Shown here piece after piece: positions 1-10,361 of a DNA stretch of 64,000 bases (position 1 is the first letter of the stretch; each line of letters starts with the position of its first letter). The stretch is taken from positions 1 through 64,000 of the forward strand of contig JBIOZG010000002.1 of NCBI GenBank assembly GCA_044870765.1, read 5' to 3'. A program made the position numbers and the translations under genes. The stretch comes from Nitrososphaeraceae archaeon (GTDB taxonomy: Archaea; Thermoproteota; Nitrososphaeria; Nitrososphaerales; Nitrososphaeraceae). The notes below the pieces were generated by a model. It was not told where the DNA came from, searched no databases, and worked only from the letters and a program-made list of their open reading frames with translations.

Positions 1-2
1 AA

Positions 3-530
3 TTTAACAGGGTAAAGCCAGACTTTATTCATATTAAAGATGTATCATTGGATTTGAATGAAAAATATGATGTAATATTTGTAGGATGGATGGACCCTGG
101 AGTTGATTTTAGAAAAGCAGTGGCAAGTAAAACAGATGTCATAGTAACAACTCTTGACCAAGGAATTAGTTTGGGAGCTGAGTTCGAGGAGTTTGGTTTT
201 GAAAGGATAGCTTGGTGGAGAACTCCATCTTGGATAGATGTAAACCACGAGATTATGAATAAATATTATACCAAGATGTCAAAGGAATTGTACGATTACC
301 TATTTGAACTACGCGGGGCACACAATCTATGGTATGTTTACACAAAGAATTTAGATCATATTGGAAAAATTAGAGATGCGTTAACTCATAACCAAAAACA
401 GGACCAGACCAGGTATGATTTTGAAGCGATAATGGATGAATGTGGATACGGATATTTTGAAAATCAACTTTCCAAAAATATGGTGATCAAATCCAATTTA
501 GTTTCCTTATGGAGAATTGAATTTGGATAA
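3..530 (+). CDS. Hypothetical protein, 5'-truncated by the window edge (possible SAM-dependent methyltransferase-like fold)
   Basis: Frame of ORF 48..530 stays open back to position 3 (FNRVKPDFIHIKDVS...); KYDVIFVGW resembles a methyltransferase strand motif, weak. Confidence 0.5.
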   Translation, partial: FNRVKPDFIHIKDVSLDLNEKYDVIFVGWMDPGVDFRKAVASKTDVIVTTLDQGISLGAEFEEFGFERIAWWRTPSWIDVNHEIMNKYYTKMSKELYDYLFELRGAHNLWYVYTKNLDHIGKIRDALTHNQKQDQTRYDFEAIMDECGYGYFENQLSKNMVIKSNLVSLWRIEFG

Positions 531-574
531 GAAACATGACATATACAAAGATGCGTTTTGGAATGTGATTTATG

Positions 575-1450
575 TTACCATTTTTTATTTTTGATATTTC
601 GAATGTGGTAATAGAGATACTGTTGGGCATAGCCGCCGTATTTACCAAAATGCTTTCTCATTATTTCTGATAAAACTGAATATTGGTTATTGCTTAGTTT
701 CTTGTTTTCGTTCATAAACGTGACTTTTCTGTCGATTAATTTTTTGTAGTACATTACTATTGCACGGCCCATCCACACATCAATTGGAAATGCCTCCGTC
801 TTTTCTAGAGAAAACAACAATATACAGTCGGCAATTTTGTTTCCAATTCCATAAATACTTGTAAGTAATGCTCTGGCCTCATCATATTTACAGCGATTTA
901 ATTCATCAATTGTTAGCTGTCCTGAGACAATTTTTTCTGCAATAGATTTAATAGCTTTTGCTCTATACCCAACACTACAGGAACACAATTCGTTGATGGA
1001 TGCGTTGTACAGATTCTTCATTGAGGGAAAGGTAAAGAATATTTGATTATCAATCTCTTTTTTCGTACCAAATTTCATAGACAAATTTTTTAGCATAGTA
1101 CGTATCATTGAAATGTTTGTATTACTTGAACATGCAAAAGAAATCATGCATTGGTAGGGATCCTGACGCAACAGACGTAATCCGTTATATTTTTTAACTA
1201 ATTTAAGCAGAAAAGTATCATTGGAAAAGTTGGAAAAAATATTGTGAATATTATCATCTAACCTAAAAATGAAATGTTCCCAATTATCAAATCTTGGTGT
1301 TGAATAGAATATTACTTTATTATTTTTAAATGAAAATTTCAGAACATGTTCTCCATAGATTCCATACCATGTATTTTCATGTTTTTCCCATAAAAACATC
1401 TGTCCACTATTGATACTAATTTCAGGATTAAATTTTGAATTTATCAGCAT
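575..1450 (-). CDS. 8-oxoguanine DNA glycosylase / HhH-GPD family DNA glycosylase (OGG1-like)
   Basis: SGQMFLW N-terminus, GLRLLRQDP, HhH motif IYGIGNKIADC, AFPIDVW, GYAQQYLY. Confidence 0.9.
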   Translation of the reverse strand: MLINSKFNPEISINSGQMFLWEKHENTWYGIYGEHVLKFSFKNNKVIFYSTPRFDNWEHFIFRLDDNIHNIFSNFSNDTFLLKLVKKYNGLRLLRQDPYQCMISFACSSNTNISMIRTMLKNLSMKFGTKKEIDNQIFFTFPSMKNLYNASINELCSCSVGYRAKAIKSIAEKIVSGQLTIDELNRCKYDEARALLTSIYGIGNKIADCILLFSLEKTEAFPIDVWMGRAIVMYYKKLIDRKVTFMNENKKLSNNQYSVLSEIMRKHFGKYGGYAQQYLYYHIRNIKNKKW

Positions 1451-1462
1451 ATGGGTTTGTAA

Positions 1463-1678
1463 TTAAACGGAATTTGTATCTGAATTTAGCAATCCTCTTG
1501 TTTTCTCCAAATCCGCTTCTAGAACTTCAATTATTTTGGGAATTTCTTTCAGTGAACAATTCAAGCATATACATTGTAATGAAAGTGGATACGTAAAATA
1601 TTTTTCTTGGAGTGGAATTTCTTTCTTACATATTATGCATTTTCTTATTTTATATGGATCAGTATTTTTTACTATCAT
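1463..1678 (-). CDS. Small zinc-finger protein
   Basis: 71 aa with CIIC and CLNC pairs; 12 bp upstream of and co-oriented with the glycosylase. Confidence 0.7.
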   Translation of the reverse strand: MIVKNTDPYKIRKCIICKKEIPLQEKYFTYPLSLQCICLNCSLKEIPKIIEVLEADLEKTRGLLNSDTNSV

Positions 1679-1736
1679 GAGAAATCAGGGTGATGCATTT
1701 TACTCAATCAAAAATAAATTATATTATTTCGTTGTA

Positions 1737-2984
1737 TCATTGACTCTCTTGACTAGGTTGATTACCATAATTACTGTCTAATGCAATCTTCAATTGTTTA
1801 AAATATTTGTTAGTAACTATATCCCCGTTGTCGCCTACAGAAATCAAATTAAAATTCGGAGTTGGTTGTGAAACATAGTCCCATTTCCAGTAAGCTAGTC
1901 CCCAAATACCAAGATCCTTGAAAATCTTTACAAACTGATTCGCTTCCTGTTGATTAATGTCACTCTCAAAAGGATTTATCTCAAATACTGCTGCTCCTTC
2001 TTCATTAATGATTTGCTCTCGTAGAACATTGTTCCATTCTCCTATGTATAGGGGAACACCTGTCATATTTGAAGCCTGGAGAAAAGTAGTCAACCTTTGT
2101 TGTTGATATGAGCCTGTTGGTAGTCCATATATGCTTATCTTAAAAACTACGTTTGTACTGTTTTGTGGCTTCATTTTAGCCAAGTTTTCTGGTGTCAAGT
2201 TTATTGGGCTTTTCAAATCTACTGGAATATTCATACTATAAGCAATTACTTTGTCCGTGAATTTTCTCAATTCATTAACAATAAATGTATTGTATTGGCC
2301 AATCTTTTCCCACTGGTCGGCATTGTGGACTTGTGGTTCGCTAAGAATTTCGTAACCTAAAGTGCTTTTATGACTGTCTAAAGTATTAACTATTTTCTCC
2401 AAGAATTGAGCTTGTAGAGTCCATCCGTCAGTACCATTTGCATCTTTAACAGCTCGATTCCACCAATCTGTCCACCAGAGCTTTGCGGGTTCGTATTTAG
2501 GTCCACCACCGTTGTCAGCAATATAAGATGCGTTGTTTTGAAAGAGCAATGAAGGGAATCCCGTTCCTTTTCTTGAATTAAACCATGAAGAGGTGTGAAA
2601 TTGGTGGTTATCATAAATTACATTAATGTTATGTTTATCCGCAGCTTGTGCGACAGATTGCAATTCGAGCATGAAATTCGTGGGATCTTTTACATAGGAT
2701 TCCCAATAAAATACAAAACGCACATGATTCATACCGGATTCTGAAATTAGCTTAAAGCTATCGTCAAAATAGTTCGGTGGCATAATACTTCCTATAGTTC
2801 TGCTCTGTGGCATGCTTGTATAGTATCCTTTCATATTTACACCAAAAAATATTTGATTTGTCTCCAAACCGTGTGAGACGAGTATGAATGAATTAGTTAG
2901 CAATATGCTGAATATTGCGATCATTAAAGCAATCTTAAAATTAAATAGGTATTTTGTTAAATTAGTTAAATTAGAAGTTTGCAT
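1737..2984 (-). CDS. Secreted or membrane-anchored glycoside hydrolase, GH5 (cellulase-like) family
   Basis: N-terminal hydrophobic segment; GMNHVRF, YDNHQ, GYEILSEP (acid/base Glu), PLYIGEW (nucleophile Glu), AYWKW. Confidence 0.8.
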   Translation of the reverse strand: MQTSNLTNLTKYLFNFKIALMIAIFSILLTNSFILVSHGLETNQIFFGVNMKGYYTSMPQSRTIGSIMPPNYFDDSFKLISESGMNHVRFVFYWESYVKDPTNFMLELQSVAQAADKHNINVIYDNHQFHTSSWFNSRKGTGFPSLLFQNNASYIADNGGGPKYEPAKLWWTDWWNRAVKDANGTDGWTLQAQFLEKIVNTLDSHKSTLGYEILSEPQVHNADQWEKIGQYNTFIVNELRKFTDKVIAYSMNIPVDLKSPINLTPENLAKMKPQNSTNVVFKISIYGLPTGSYQQQRLTTFLQASNMTGVPLYIGEWNNVLREQIINEEGAAVFEINPFESDINQQEANQFVKIFKDLGIWGLAYWKWDYVSQPTPNFNLISVGDNGDIVTNKYFKQLKIALDSNYGNQPSQESQ

Positions 2985-3071
2985 TCAATTAGAATATATA
3001 TCAACATTATAAAATAGTTTCCAGCCAATATCTCCCATTGCATCAGATCCAGATTGGACTTTATATTTTTC

Positions 3072-4334
3072 CTAATTTACTTCTAGAATTTGCCCGTTGT
3101 CTGGAGCTATAGCATCAAATCCATACTTTTCTTTGATTTCATTGGCAAACATGGTACATGACATATCGTCCCCATGAACTGTAAAAACTTTGGGATTGCC
3201 TTTGATTTTGCCAACTATTTCAAACAGTTCCCTTCTGCTACTGTGCCCTGAGAATTCGAAATGTTTTACTTCAGCGAGACTATTTTTCGTTCTTCCATTA
3301 TACGATACAAGTCTTTTTTCAAGTAAAAGTCGACCTGGAGTACCTTTACCTTGGTACGAAACTAAAGCTATACCATTATTAGGACTTTTTGCAATTTCCT
3401 GTAAATAGAACAGCGCTGTTCCACCTACCAGCATTCCTGCAGGAGAGATTATTACTCCAGGTTCTTTTATCAACTGTTTTCGTCTATGCCATCCCTGCAC
3501 CCATTCAATCTCTGACAGGATTTTTTTGAACATTTCTGGATCCCTTAGAAATGATGGATTTCTTAACATTATTTCATTTGCTTTCAATGCCATCCCGTCC
3601 ATAGCCACTTTGTATTTGAAATTACCGGCCTTCAAAACAGATGCAATCTCTTGTGCTCTTTCAACGGAAAACGCGGGTATGAAAAGGGTTCCTCCTCTTT
3701 CAACAACGTCATGAGCAAACTCCACCAGAGCCTTATCAGATTGGTCTCGTGGTGTCTGTTCTGTTTGAGAATACGTACTTTCAACTATTAAGACATCAAC
3801 TTCGGGCAAATCCAAGTCCGCTGATCTCAGTAATTTTGATCCCCTGCTGTTTATATCACCCGTATAAAAAATTCGCTTACCCTCACTTTTAACAAGTATC
3901 GATGAGCCTCCTATAATATGCCCGGATTCGTGCAAGGTAATTTCCATGTCATTTATTAAGTACTTTTCCTTATATTGCATGGTTTTTGAATGATTCATCA
4001 TATTATTCAAACCTGCATGATCAAACGGCAGATAATCTCGGGAGATTTTGATCATATCCTCGATAAGTAAATTGGAAAGTTCAAAGGTTGGATTTGTTCC
4101 TAAGACGGAGATGTTGGCATTGGATAAAAAAAGCGATGGAATAAATCCGGAATGATCCAAATGAGCGTGGGTAAGAACAACAGTACTGATATCTTTTGGT
4201 CTGATGTGAATTGGAAATATCGGCTCTTTCTTTAACAACACTCCATAGTCTAACAAGATATTGGAACCATCTGATGTTACCATAAATCCAGAACGTCCTA
4301 CTTCTTTACCGGAACCTAAAACCGTTATTTTCAT
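3072..4334 (-). CDS. Beta-CASP metallo-beta-lactamase-fold ribonuclease (aCPSF-like, no KH domains)
   Basis: GSGKEVGRS, THAHLDHSG, SGHIIG, YTGD, ESTY, FSGH, VHGD motifs. Confidence 0.9.
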   Translation of the reverse strand: MKITVLGSGKEVGRSGFMVTSDGSNILLDYGVLLKKEPIFPIHIRPKDISTVVLTHAHLDHSGFIPSLFLSNANISVLGTNPTFELSNLLIEDMIKISRDYLPFDHAGLNNMMNHSKTMQYKEKYLINDMEITLHESGHIIGGSSILVKSEGKRIFYTGDINSRGSKLLRSADLDLPEVDVLIVESTYSQTEQTPRDQSDKALVEFAHDVVERGGTLFIPAFSVERAQEIASVLKAGNFKYKVAMDGMALKANEIMLRNPSFLRDPEMFKKILSEIEWVQGWHRRKQLIKEPGVIISPAGMLVGGTALFYLQEIAKSPNNGIALVSYQGKGTPGRLLLEKRLVSYNGRTKNSLAEVKHFEFSGHSSRRELFEIVGKIKGNPKVFTVHGDDMSCTMFANEIKEKYGFDAIAPDNGQILEVN

Positions 4335-4447
4335 ATAATAATAACCTGTTTAAGCATACATGTTTTAAGTCTTTCATTTTTCTATGTGGGATATTTTAAC
4401 AAAATTAAAACGACAGGATAAAATTAGAGTTACGCTTATCTCAACAG

Positions 4448-5020
4448 TTGTCAAGAATTGTCGTTACAGGAAATCCAGGAGTTGGAAAACGTACACTCAG
4501 TAGTATGCTTTCAAAAAGATTAGGATTTAGAATAATCAATTTAAATGAATTTGTTATAAAAAATAGGCTTGTATTCACAGATAAGACATTAGACGTCTAT
4601 GATGTCTACCTAAAAAAGGCAACACTAATGCTTAGAAGGGAAATAAAGCAATATCAGGACGTAATTATTACGGGACACCTTGCTCCTTATTTGTTAATGC
4701 CCGATCAGGTTGATTTGGTCGTAGTTTTACGGTGTTCACCCGAAAATCTCTTGCAAACTTTTAAGAAAAGAAATTATGATTTGAGGAAAATAAGGGAAAA
4801 CATAACAAGCGAAATTCTAGGTATAACTTTGTATGATAGTATAAAAAAATTTGGTAAAGAAAAGATAATCGAGTTTGATACTACTACAACGCCCAGTAAA
4901 GAGACAATCAAACATTTAATCGAGGCTTTGAGTGATAAATCAAAAAGGAAAACTGAAAATATCGATTGGATGCCTACTTTAAAAGACAGGCAGGAAATAT
5001 TAAAATTAGTATCATATTAA
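4448..5020 (+). CDS. Adenylate kinase, AK6/Fap7 family
   Basis: VTGNPGVGK P-loop, IITGH motif, VVVLRC, KIRENITSEI, C-terminal IDW. Confidence 0.85.
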   Translation: MSRIVVTGNPGVGKRTLSSMLSKRLGFRIINLNEFVIKNRLVFTDKTLDVYDVYLKKATLMLRREIKQYQDVIITGHLAPYLLMPDQVDLVVVLRCSPENLLQTFKKRNYDLRKIRENITSEILGITLYDSIKKFGKEKIIEFDTTTTPSKETIKHLIEALSDKSKRKTENIDWMPTLKDRQEILKLVSY

Positions 5021-5127
5021 ATCCAGCAAAAAGTGTGATTGCAATATTAAAGAAATAGCTTTATGACGCCAAAATCTAACAGGATTTAAATAATAAGTGA
5101 TGTTGAAAAAAATATCATGCGGTTTTT

Positions 5128-7248
5128 GTGATGAGTAGAATAAGAATTGGTGTTGATGTTGGAGGCACCTTTACAAAATCAGTAGCAATGGATATGGATA
5201 CCGGCCGGATAGTAGGAAAAGTTACGGTTCCCACGTCACATTTCTCAGACGAGGGTGTATCAACGGGTATTGTAGAATCCTTAATCAAACTCATAAACAA
5301 AGAGCGCATTAACAAATCAAACATTGAATTAATTTCTCATAGTACAACACAGGCTGTTAATGCATTATTGGAAGGAGACACTGCAAAGGTAGGAATAATT
5401 GGTATGGGAGTAAGTTTGGAAAAAAATGATATCGTTAAAAGAACAAATTTAGGCGACATTAAACTCGGACCTAATAAGTATCTAAAAAGTTGCTACAAAT
5501 TCCTGGATACTTCAAAGTTCTTAGATAGTCAAGAAATCACTCAAATAATAAATGAATTGAAGGAGGAAGGCGCAAGAGTCCTTATAGTTAGCGAGGCTTA
5601 TGGTGTCGATGATCCAAGTAATGAATTATATGTCATGCAAAAATCAGATCTACCAGCAACTGCAGGACACGAACTGACAGGAATATATGGTCTTGAAATA
5701 AGGACCCTGACCGCTGCGATAAATGCAAGCATATTACCAAAAGCTATTGGTACTGCAAAATATGTAGAAAAGGCTGTCCGAGAGCAAAAAATCTCTGCAC
5801 CAATCACAATAATGAAGGGAGATGGAGGTTTAACTGATATGAATACTTTTAAAACTAAACCGATTTTGACTGTTTTATCCGGACCGGCGGCAAGCGTCGC
5901 AGGAGCATTACTACACTTAAGAATACTCAATGGAATTTTTATTGAAGTTGGCGGTACTTCAACAAACATTTGTGTTATAAAAAATGGTAAACCTGAAGTT
6001 AAATACGTCACAATCATGGACCATCCGACATGTATAAAGTCCCTAGATGTGAGAGTAGTCGGAATTGCTGGGGGTTCTCTTGTGAGATGGTCAGGTAAAA
6101 AGATAACCGATGTTGGGCCTAGATCGGCGCATATCTCCGGTTTGAAATATTCATGTTTTGCTGAACCTCAAGATTTAGAAGGAGGACAAATAGTAACATT
6201 TATGCCCAAAGAAGGAGATCCGATTGATTATATAGGAATTGAAGTTGGGGCTGGAAAGAGATTTGCGATAACCACTACTTGTGCAGCCAATGCATTAGGA
6301 CTTATCCCGAATAATGATTATGCAAAAGGTAACAGACAATCTGCACAATTAGCGTTATCAATTTTAGGACAGAGATTAGGTATGAATATGGAAGATGTAG
6401 CAGACAAAATTCTTGATTTATCAACGAGAAAGATATTGCAAACAATTAGAAATTTACTAAAGGAATATAAAATAAAAGATGAAAAATTTGTCCTAATTGG
6501 CGGTGGAGGAGGTGCTTCGGTTCTTGTACCATTAGTTGCAGACAAATTAAATGCTCAATATAGAATTGCTGACAACTCAGAAGTCATCTCATCTATTGGT
6601 GTTTGTACAGCATCTATACGAGAGGAAAGGGAAAAATTAATAGATAATCCTAGTCCTCACGACATATCAGTTTTTATTCAGGAAGTTGAAAAAATCGCTA
6701 TTTCAAAAGGAGCTCTTCCTGAATCAATTTCTACTCAATCTGAATATATTAGCGAAAAGTCTCTCTTACGCGTTACTGTTTACGGCAATATGAAGTTAGA
6801 TGTTGGAGGAAGTGATACAAAAGAAATTGATGATGAGGAAGCAGAAATATTGGCTTGCGAGTTATTTGGTATCAATGAAGGAGTACATAGAATTTTTGAT
6901 ATGAAGGATTACTACATATTTGCCTGTGAAATCCATAAAAAGAAATTATTTTTAAAATCAAAAAAGCAACCTGTTTTAGTTCTTGATAAATACGGTCATG
7001 TAAGAGTGTCAATTGAGAATGCAGAGGTATACAGTGGTGATCCCAAAGAAATGAAATTTAAGATTCAAAAGTTAATTAAAGAACGTGGTCTCTCCAAAGA
7101 TGAGCTTGCTCCACAGATTCATATCGTTGATGGAAAAAGGTTATTGGATTTTTCCAGTTTGTCGTCTACGACACATGTCCTAAAAGCAGTAACTGAAGAG
7201 CTTGATAGAACTCTCAACAATCAAGTTACAATTATTATAAAAGTTTGA
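5128..7248 (+). CDS. Hydantoinase A / oxoprolinase family protein
   Basis: IGVDVGGTFT, HSTT..NALLEG, SGPAAS, EVGGTST, VGPRSA. Confidence 0.85.
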   Translation: MMSRIRIGVDVGGTFTKSVAMDMDTGRIVGKVTVPTSHFSDEGVSTGIVESLIKLINKERINKSNIELISHSTTQAVNALLEGDTAKVGIIGMGVSLEKNDIVKRTNLGDIKLGPNKYLKSCYKFLDTSKFLDSQEITQIINELKEEGARVLIVSEAYGVDDPSNELYVMQKSDLPATAGHELTGIYGLEIRTLTAAINASILPKAIGTAKYVEKAVREQKISAPITIMKGDGGLTDMNTFKTKPILTVLSGPAASVAGALLHLRILNGIFIEVGGTSTNICVIKNGKPEVKYVTIMDHPTCIKSLDVRVVGIAGGSLVRWSGKKITDVGPRSAHISGLKYSCFAEPQDLEGGQIVTFMPKEGDPIDYIGIEVGAGKRFAITTTCAANALGLIPNNDYAKGNRQSAQLALSILGQRLGMNMEDVADKILDLSTRKILQTIRNLLKEYKIKDEKFVLIGGGGGASVLVPLVADKLNAQYRIADNSEVISSIGVCTASIREEREKLIDNPSPHDISVFIQEVEKIAISKGALPESISTQSEYISEKSLLRVTVYGNMKLDVGGSDTKEIDDEEAEILACELFGINEGVHRIFDMKDYYIFACEIHKKKLFLKSKKQPVLVLDKYGHVRVSIENAEVYSGDPKEMKFKIQKLIKERGLSKDELAPQIHIVDGKRLLDFSSLSSTTHVLKAVTEELDRTLNNQVTIIIKV

Positions 7249-7276
7249 AGCTGTTTTCGAATTTAATTACTTTCAA

Positions 7277-8167
7277 TTAATGATTTGAAAAATAATCTGA
7301 TATAACACCACTTAAATCAACTTTGGCAAACTCATTTGGGATTGAATTTGTAGATATTAGTTCCTTGATATCAGCTTGGAGTAATTTTTCCTTCGCATCA
7401 TCGAGTAGGAGCGCGTGAGTACACAAAACATACACATTAGCAATATTATTTTTTTTCAATATTTCAGTAGCCTTTACTATACTACTACCGGTACTTATCA
7501 TATCGTCTACAATGAGGGCGTCTCTTTTATTCACAGATTGTTGATCATCAATTGAGATTGATATATCGCCGGTGAATCTATCTCGTGTCTTGTTTAGAGA
7601 CAGCATATTTGTATTGATTATCTCTGCGAATTTCTTGGCCCTTTGTATTCCCCCTTCATCAGGTGAAATGACTATAGGGTTGTTTAGTCTGAAATTTTTT
7701 TTAGCAAAATTTGCTAGAGATGGAATGGCGGTAAGATCTATTGTTTCATAAGAGTTATTAACTGCACTTGGATTGTGGCTGTCAATAGTTATCAATTTTG
7801 TAGTTCCTAATGTTGCTAGAATTTCTCCGACTAAATTATTAGTTACTATCTCTCCTTCGACAAATACCTTATCCTGTCTTGTATATGCTAAATATGGACT
7901 CACTACACAAATATCACTGGCGCCGTCTTGTTTGCATTTATAGATAATCATGAACAATTGCATGAGATGTCTGTCAGTTGGAGGATACGTAGAATTTATG
8001 ATTATACAGTTGTTTCCGGTTACCTTTTCTAGCCTAATTTTGCTTTCTCCATCAGCAAATAAGCGCAATTGCGCGTTCTTGTAATCTACGTTCAAGTCTA
8101 ACGAGATCTTTTTTGCAAGGGAAGAATTTCGATCATCCGAAATTATTACAGTATTATTTTTTTGCAA
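7277..8167 (-). CDS. prs: Ribose-phosphate pyrophosphokinase
   Basis: FADGE, PYLAYTRQDK, SPDEGG, IVDDMISTGSS, TNSI. Confidence 0.95.
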   Translation of the reverse strand: MQKNNTVIISDDRNSSLAKKISLDLNVDYKNAQLRLFADGESKIRLEKVTGNNCIIINSTYPPTDRHLMQLFMIIYKCKQDGASDICVVSPYLAYTRQDKVFVEGEIVTNNLVGEILATLGTTKLITIDSHNPSAVNNSYETIDLTAIPSLANFAKKNFRLNNPIVISPDEGGIQRAKKFAEIINTNMLSLNKTRDRFTGDISISIDDQQSVNKRDALIVDDMISTGSSIVKATEILKKNNIANVYVLCTHALLLDDAKEKLLQADIKELISTNSIPNEFAKVDLSGVISDYFSNH

Positions 8168-8239
8168 TGTAAGAATATGAAAATATTTTCAACGACTATT
8201 TAAAAGTGTTAAAAGTGTTAAATTAAGTATACCGAATTG

Positions 8240-9160
8240 TTATACCGCATATGGAACGTAAAAGGTTTTCATATCTTCTGCTAAATCTACATTAGCATGG
8301 ATGTCTCTAGCTTCATCCAAAAGAATTGCCGGATCATTGTATCTTGAACTAAAATGTGTGAGAATAAGCTTGATGCAATTTGACTCTTTGGCGAGTAGAG
8401 CAGCCTCTGCAGATGTGGAATGGAATGTCTCAATTGCCTTTTGTTGGTAATCGTGAGCATAAGTTGACTCGAAAATTAGGATATCGCATAAATCAAAAAA
8501 ATTTCTTAATTCGAAAGACGGACGCGTGTCTCCAGATATTCCTATTTTACGGCCTTTTCTTTTGGGTCCAACTACTTCGTCTGATTTTACTAATTTACCA
8601 TTTACAATTACATCTTCACCATTTTGCAACTTGTGATATAATTCTCCTTTAGGAATGCCCAATTTCGTTGCTTTATCTATATTGAATATACCTGGCCTTT
8701 GATGCTCTTCAATACAATAAGAGAAAGCTGGTACTGAATGGTCGGCTCTACAGCAGCTGATTTGGTAATCATTTTCGTTTGCAATAATACCTTCCCCCTC
8801 TATCGTGTGAATATCAATTTCGTATGAAAGTTCAATATTTATAATGTGAAAATTCTGGTTGATGAATTCTTTTAATCTTGATTCGCCATATACATCAATT
8901 TTTTTTGTGCGTCCCAGAAGGGACATTGTTTGAAAAAATCCTAAGAGCCCTAAACAATGATCAATATGTAAATGTGTTATGAATACTTTCATTTTCTTAT
9001 TAACTCCAAGTTTGGCTTGAAGGAAATTTTTTTGCATTCCTTCACCGACATCAAATATTAACAGCTCACCAGCTCTTTTGAGGACAATTGAAGACAAACT
9101 TCTCTTTAGAGTTGGAATAGCTGCTGAGGTTCCAAGAAAAACAATCTTCATGTCGACCAT
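8240..9160 (-). CDS. rnz: Ribonuclease Z
   Basis: FLGTSAAIPT, DVGEG, THLHIDH, exosite, SGDTRP, HST, THFSSRY. Confidence 0.95.
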   Translation of the reverse strand: MVDMKIVFLGTSAAIPTLKRSLSSIVLKRAGELLIFDVGEGMQKNFLQAKLGVNKKMKVFITHLHIDHCLGLLGFFQTMSLLGRTKKIDVYGESRLKEFINQNFHIINIELSYEIDIHTIEGEGIIANENDYQISCCRADHSVPAFSYCIEEHQRPGIFNIDKATKLGIPKGELYHKLQNGEDVIVNGKLVKSDEVVGPKRKGRKIGISGDTRPSFELRNFFDLCDILIFESTYAHDYQQKAIETFHSTSAEAALLAKESNCIKLILTHFSSRYNDPAILLDEARDIHANVDLAEDMKTFYVPYAV

Positions 9161-9352
9161 AAATAATATATCATTAATTAATTTGGTAAATTATAAGCGT
9201 TTGTTTGAACGGTAACGTGAAATGAATTTTTTGGATCGCAGTAATTTAATCTGTTATGATATTCATAAATAAATAAAATTACTGAGAAACTGAGCATTAA
9301 AGGATTAACGGTATGGTAAGCACTAATAAATGAAAAGTAGTCATCAAGTTCA

Positions 9353-10030
9353 TTAGCTTATTATTTCGAAAAAATCTTTTAGTAGCACTTTTTGGTTTTG
9401 AGACAGCACATCGTACGATTCGACAAACTCTCTTTCTATGCTTATCTGTTCTTTCAATACAGAACGAAATTTATCGATAGTTATCGGAGTTATGTTATCA
9501 ATTTCACCAGTGGTGTAAGCGTAAATATATGCACTAATAATTTTTATTACAAAAGATGGTATTGTTTTTAATAGTAGTAAAATACTTTTTTTCATAATAT
9601 CATTACCAGAGGAACTATTATTCATAGAATTGAAATAGGATTCTAGGACTTTCATTCTAATATTTCCCAATTCCTCAATTGATGATGCAACCAAAATTCC
9701 GGTTTCTGTTAATTCATAGAAGGGAACTCCCTCTAATTGTAGTGCCTTGGGACCTCGTCTTAATGGCAGACGGCCTCCTTCTTTGACTACTCCTGATGGT
9801 ATCAAAACTTCATCGAGATCTTTGAATATTCCAGAGTAGATATTTTGCCATAATATACCGTTATTTTTTGCTATTGCATGGGCAATTGATGTTCTTGTTC
9901 TAAGCTCTGGATTTTTTTCTAAAACAAGGTGCGTAATAATACCTCTCTGCCTTTTGGCTTCACCTGTAAATTTATTTTTCTTTGTTTTAAAAGTGTCAAA
10001 TATAGCAATGTGAGCTGTTTTCTGCTTCAA
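9353..10030 (-). CDS. Conserved hypothetical protein, possibly winged-helix DNA-binding
   Basis: Long ORF; RTRTSIAHAIA...YELTETG resembles a wHTH recognition helix and wing. Confidence 0.6.
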   Translation of the reverse strand: MKQKTAHIAIFDTFKTKKNKFTGEAKRQRGIITHLVLEKNPELRTRTSIAHAIAKNNGILWQNIYSGIFKDLDEVLIPSGVVKEGGRLPLRRGPKALQLEGVPFYELTETGILVASSIEELGNIRMKVLESYFNSMNNSSSGNDIMKKSILLLLKTIPSFVIKIISAYIYAYTTGEIDNITPITIDKFRSVLKEQISIEREFVESYDVLSQNQKVLLKDFFEIIS

Positions 10031-10088
10031 AAAGCGCTTTCACCATCTATTGTCAGCATATTTTCCAATTACCTAATCAGTGTTTTAT

Positions 10089-10323
10089 ATTCTAATTGCA
10101 TGATTTTTGATTTTTGATTATTTCTAATTTGTGTCGTAATTAGCAAAATATCCGAATTCTATGATTTTTGATTATTCTTATTGCGTAGGTAACAAGTTTC
10201 CAATTCGTGTTATTTTAGGCGTGAAAATAGTCGAGTATCCTGAACGCAACATTTCAAGTCTGTCCAGAAGTTTAGAGTCAAATTTTTAAAATTCTAATTA
10301 CATAATTTTTCTTATTATTTCTA
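10089..10323. repeat. Degenerate direct repeat ATTCTAATTRCATRATTTTT...ATTATTTCTA in intergenic DNA
   Basis: Copies at 10089-10126 and 10291-10323, partial copy near 10157-10178. Confidence 0.5.
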
Positions 10324-10361
10324 TCCTCCATATGATCATACGGTTTCAGAAATCAATTGAG

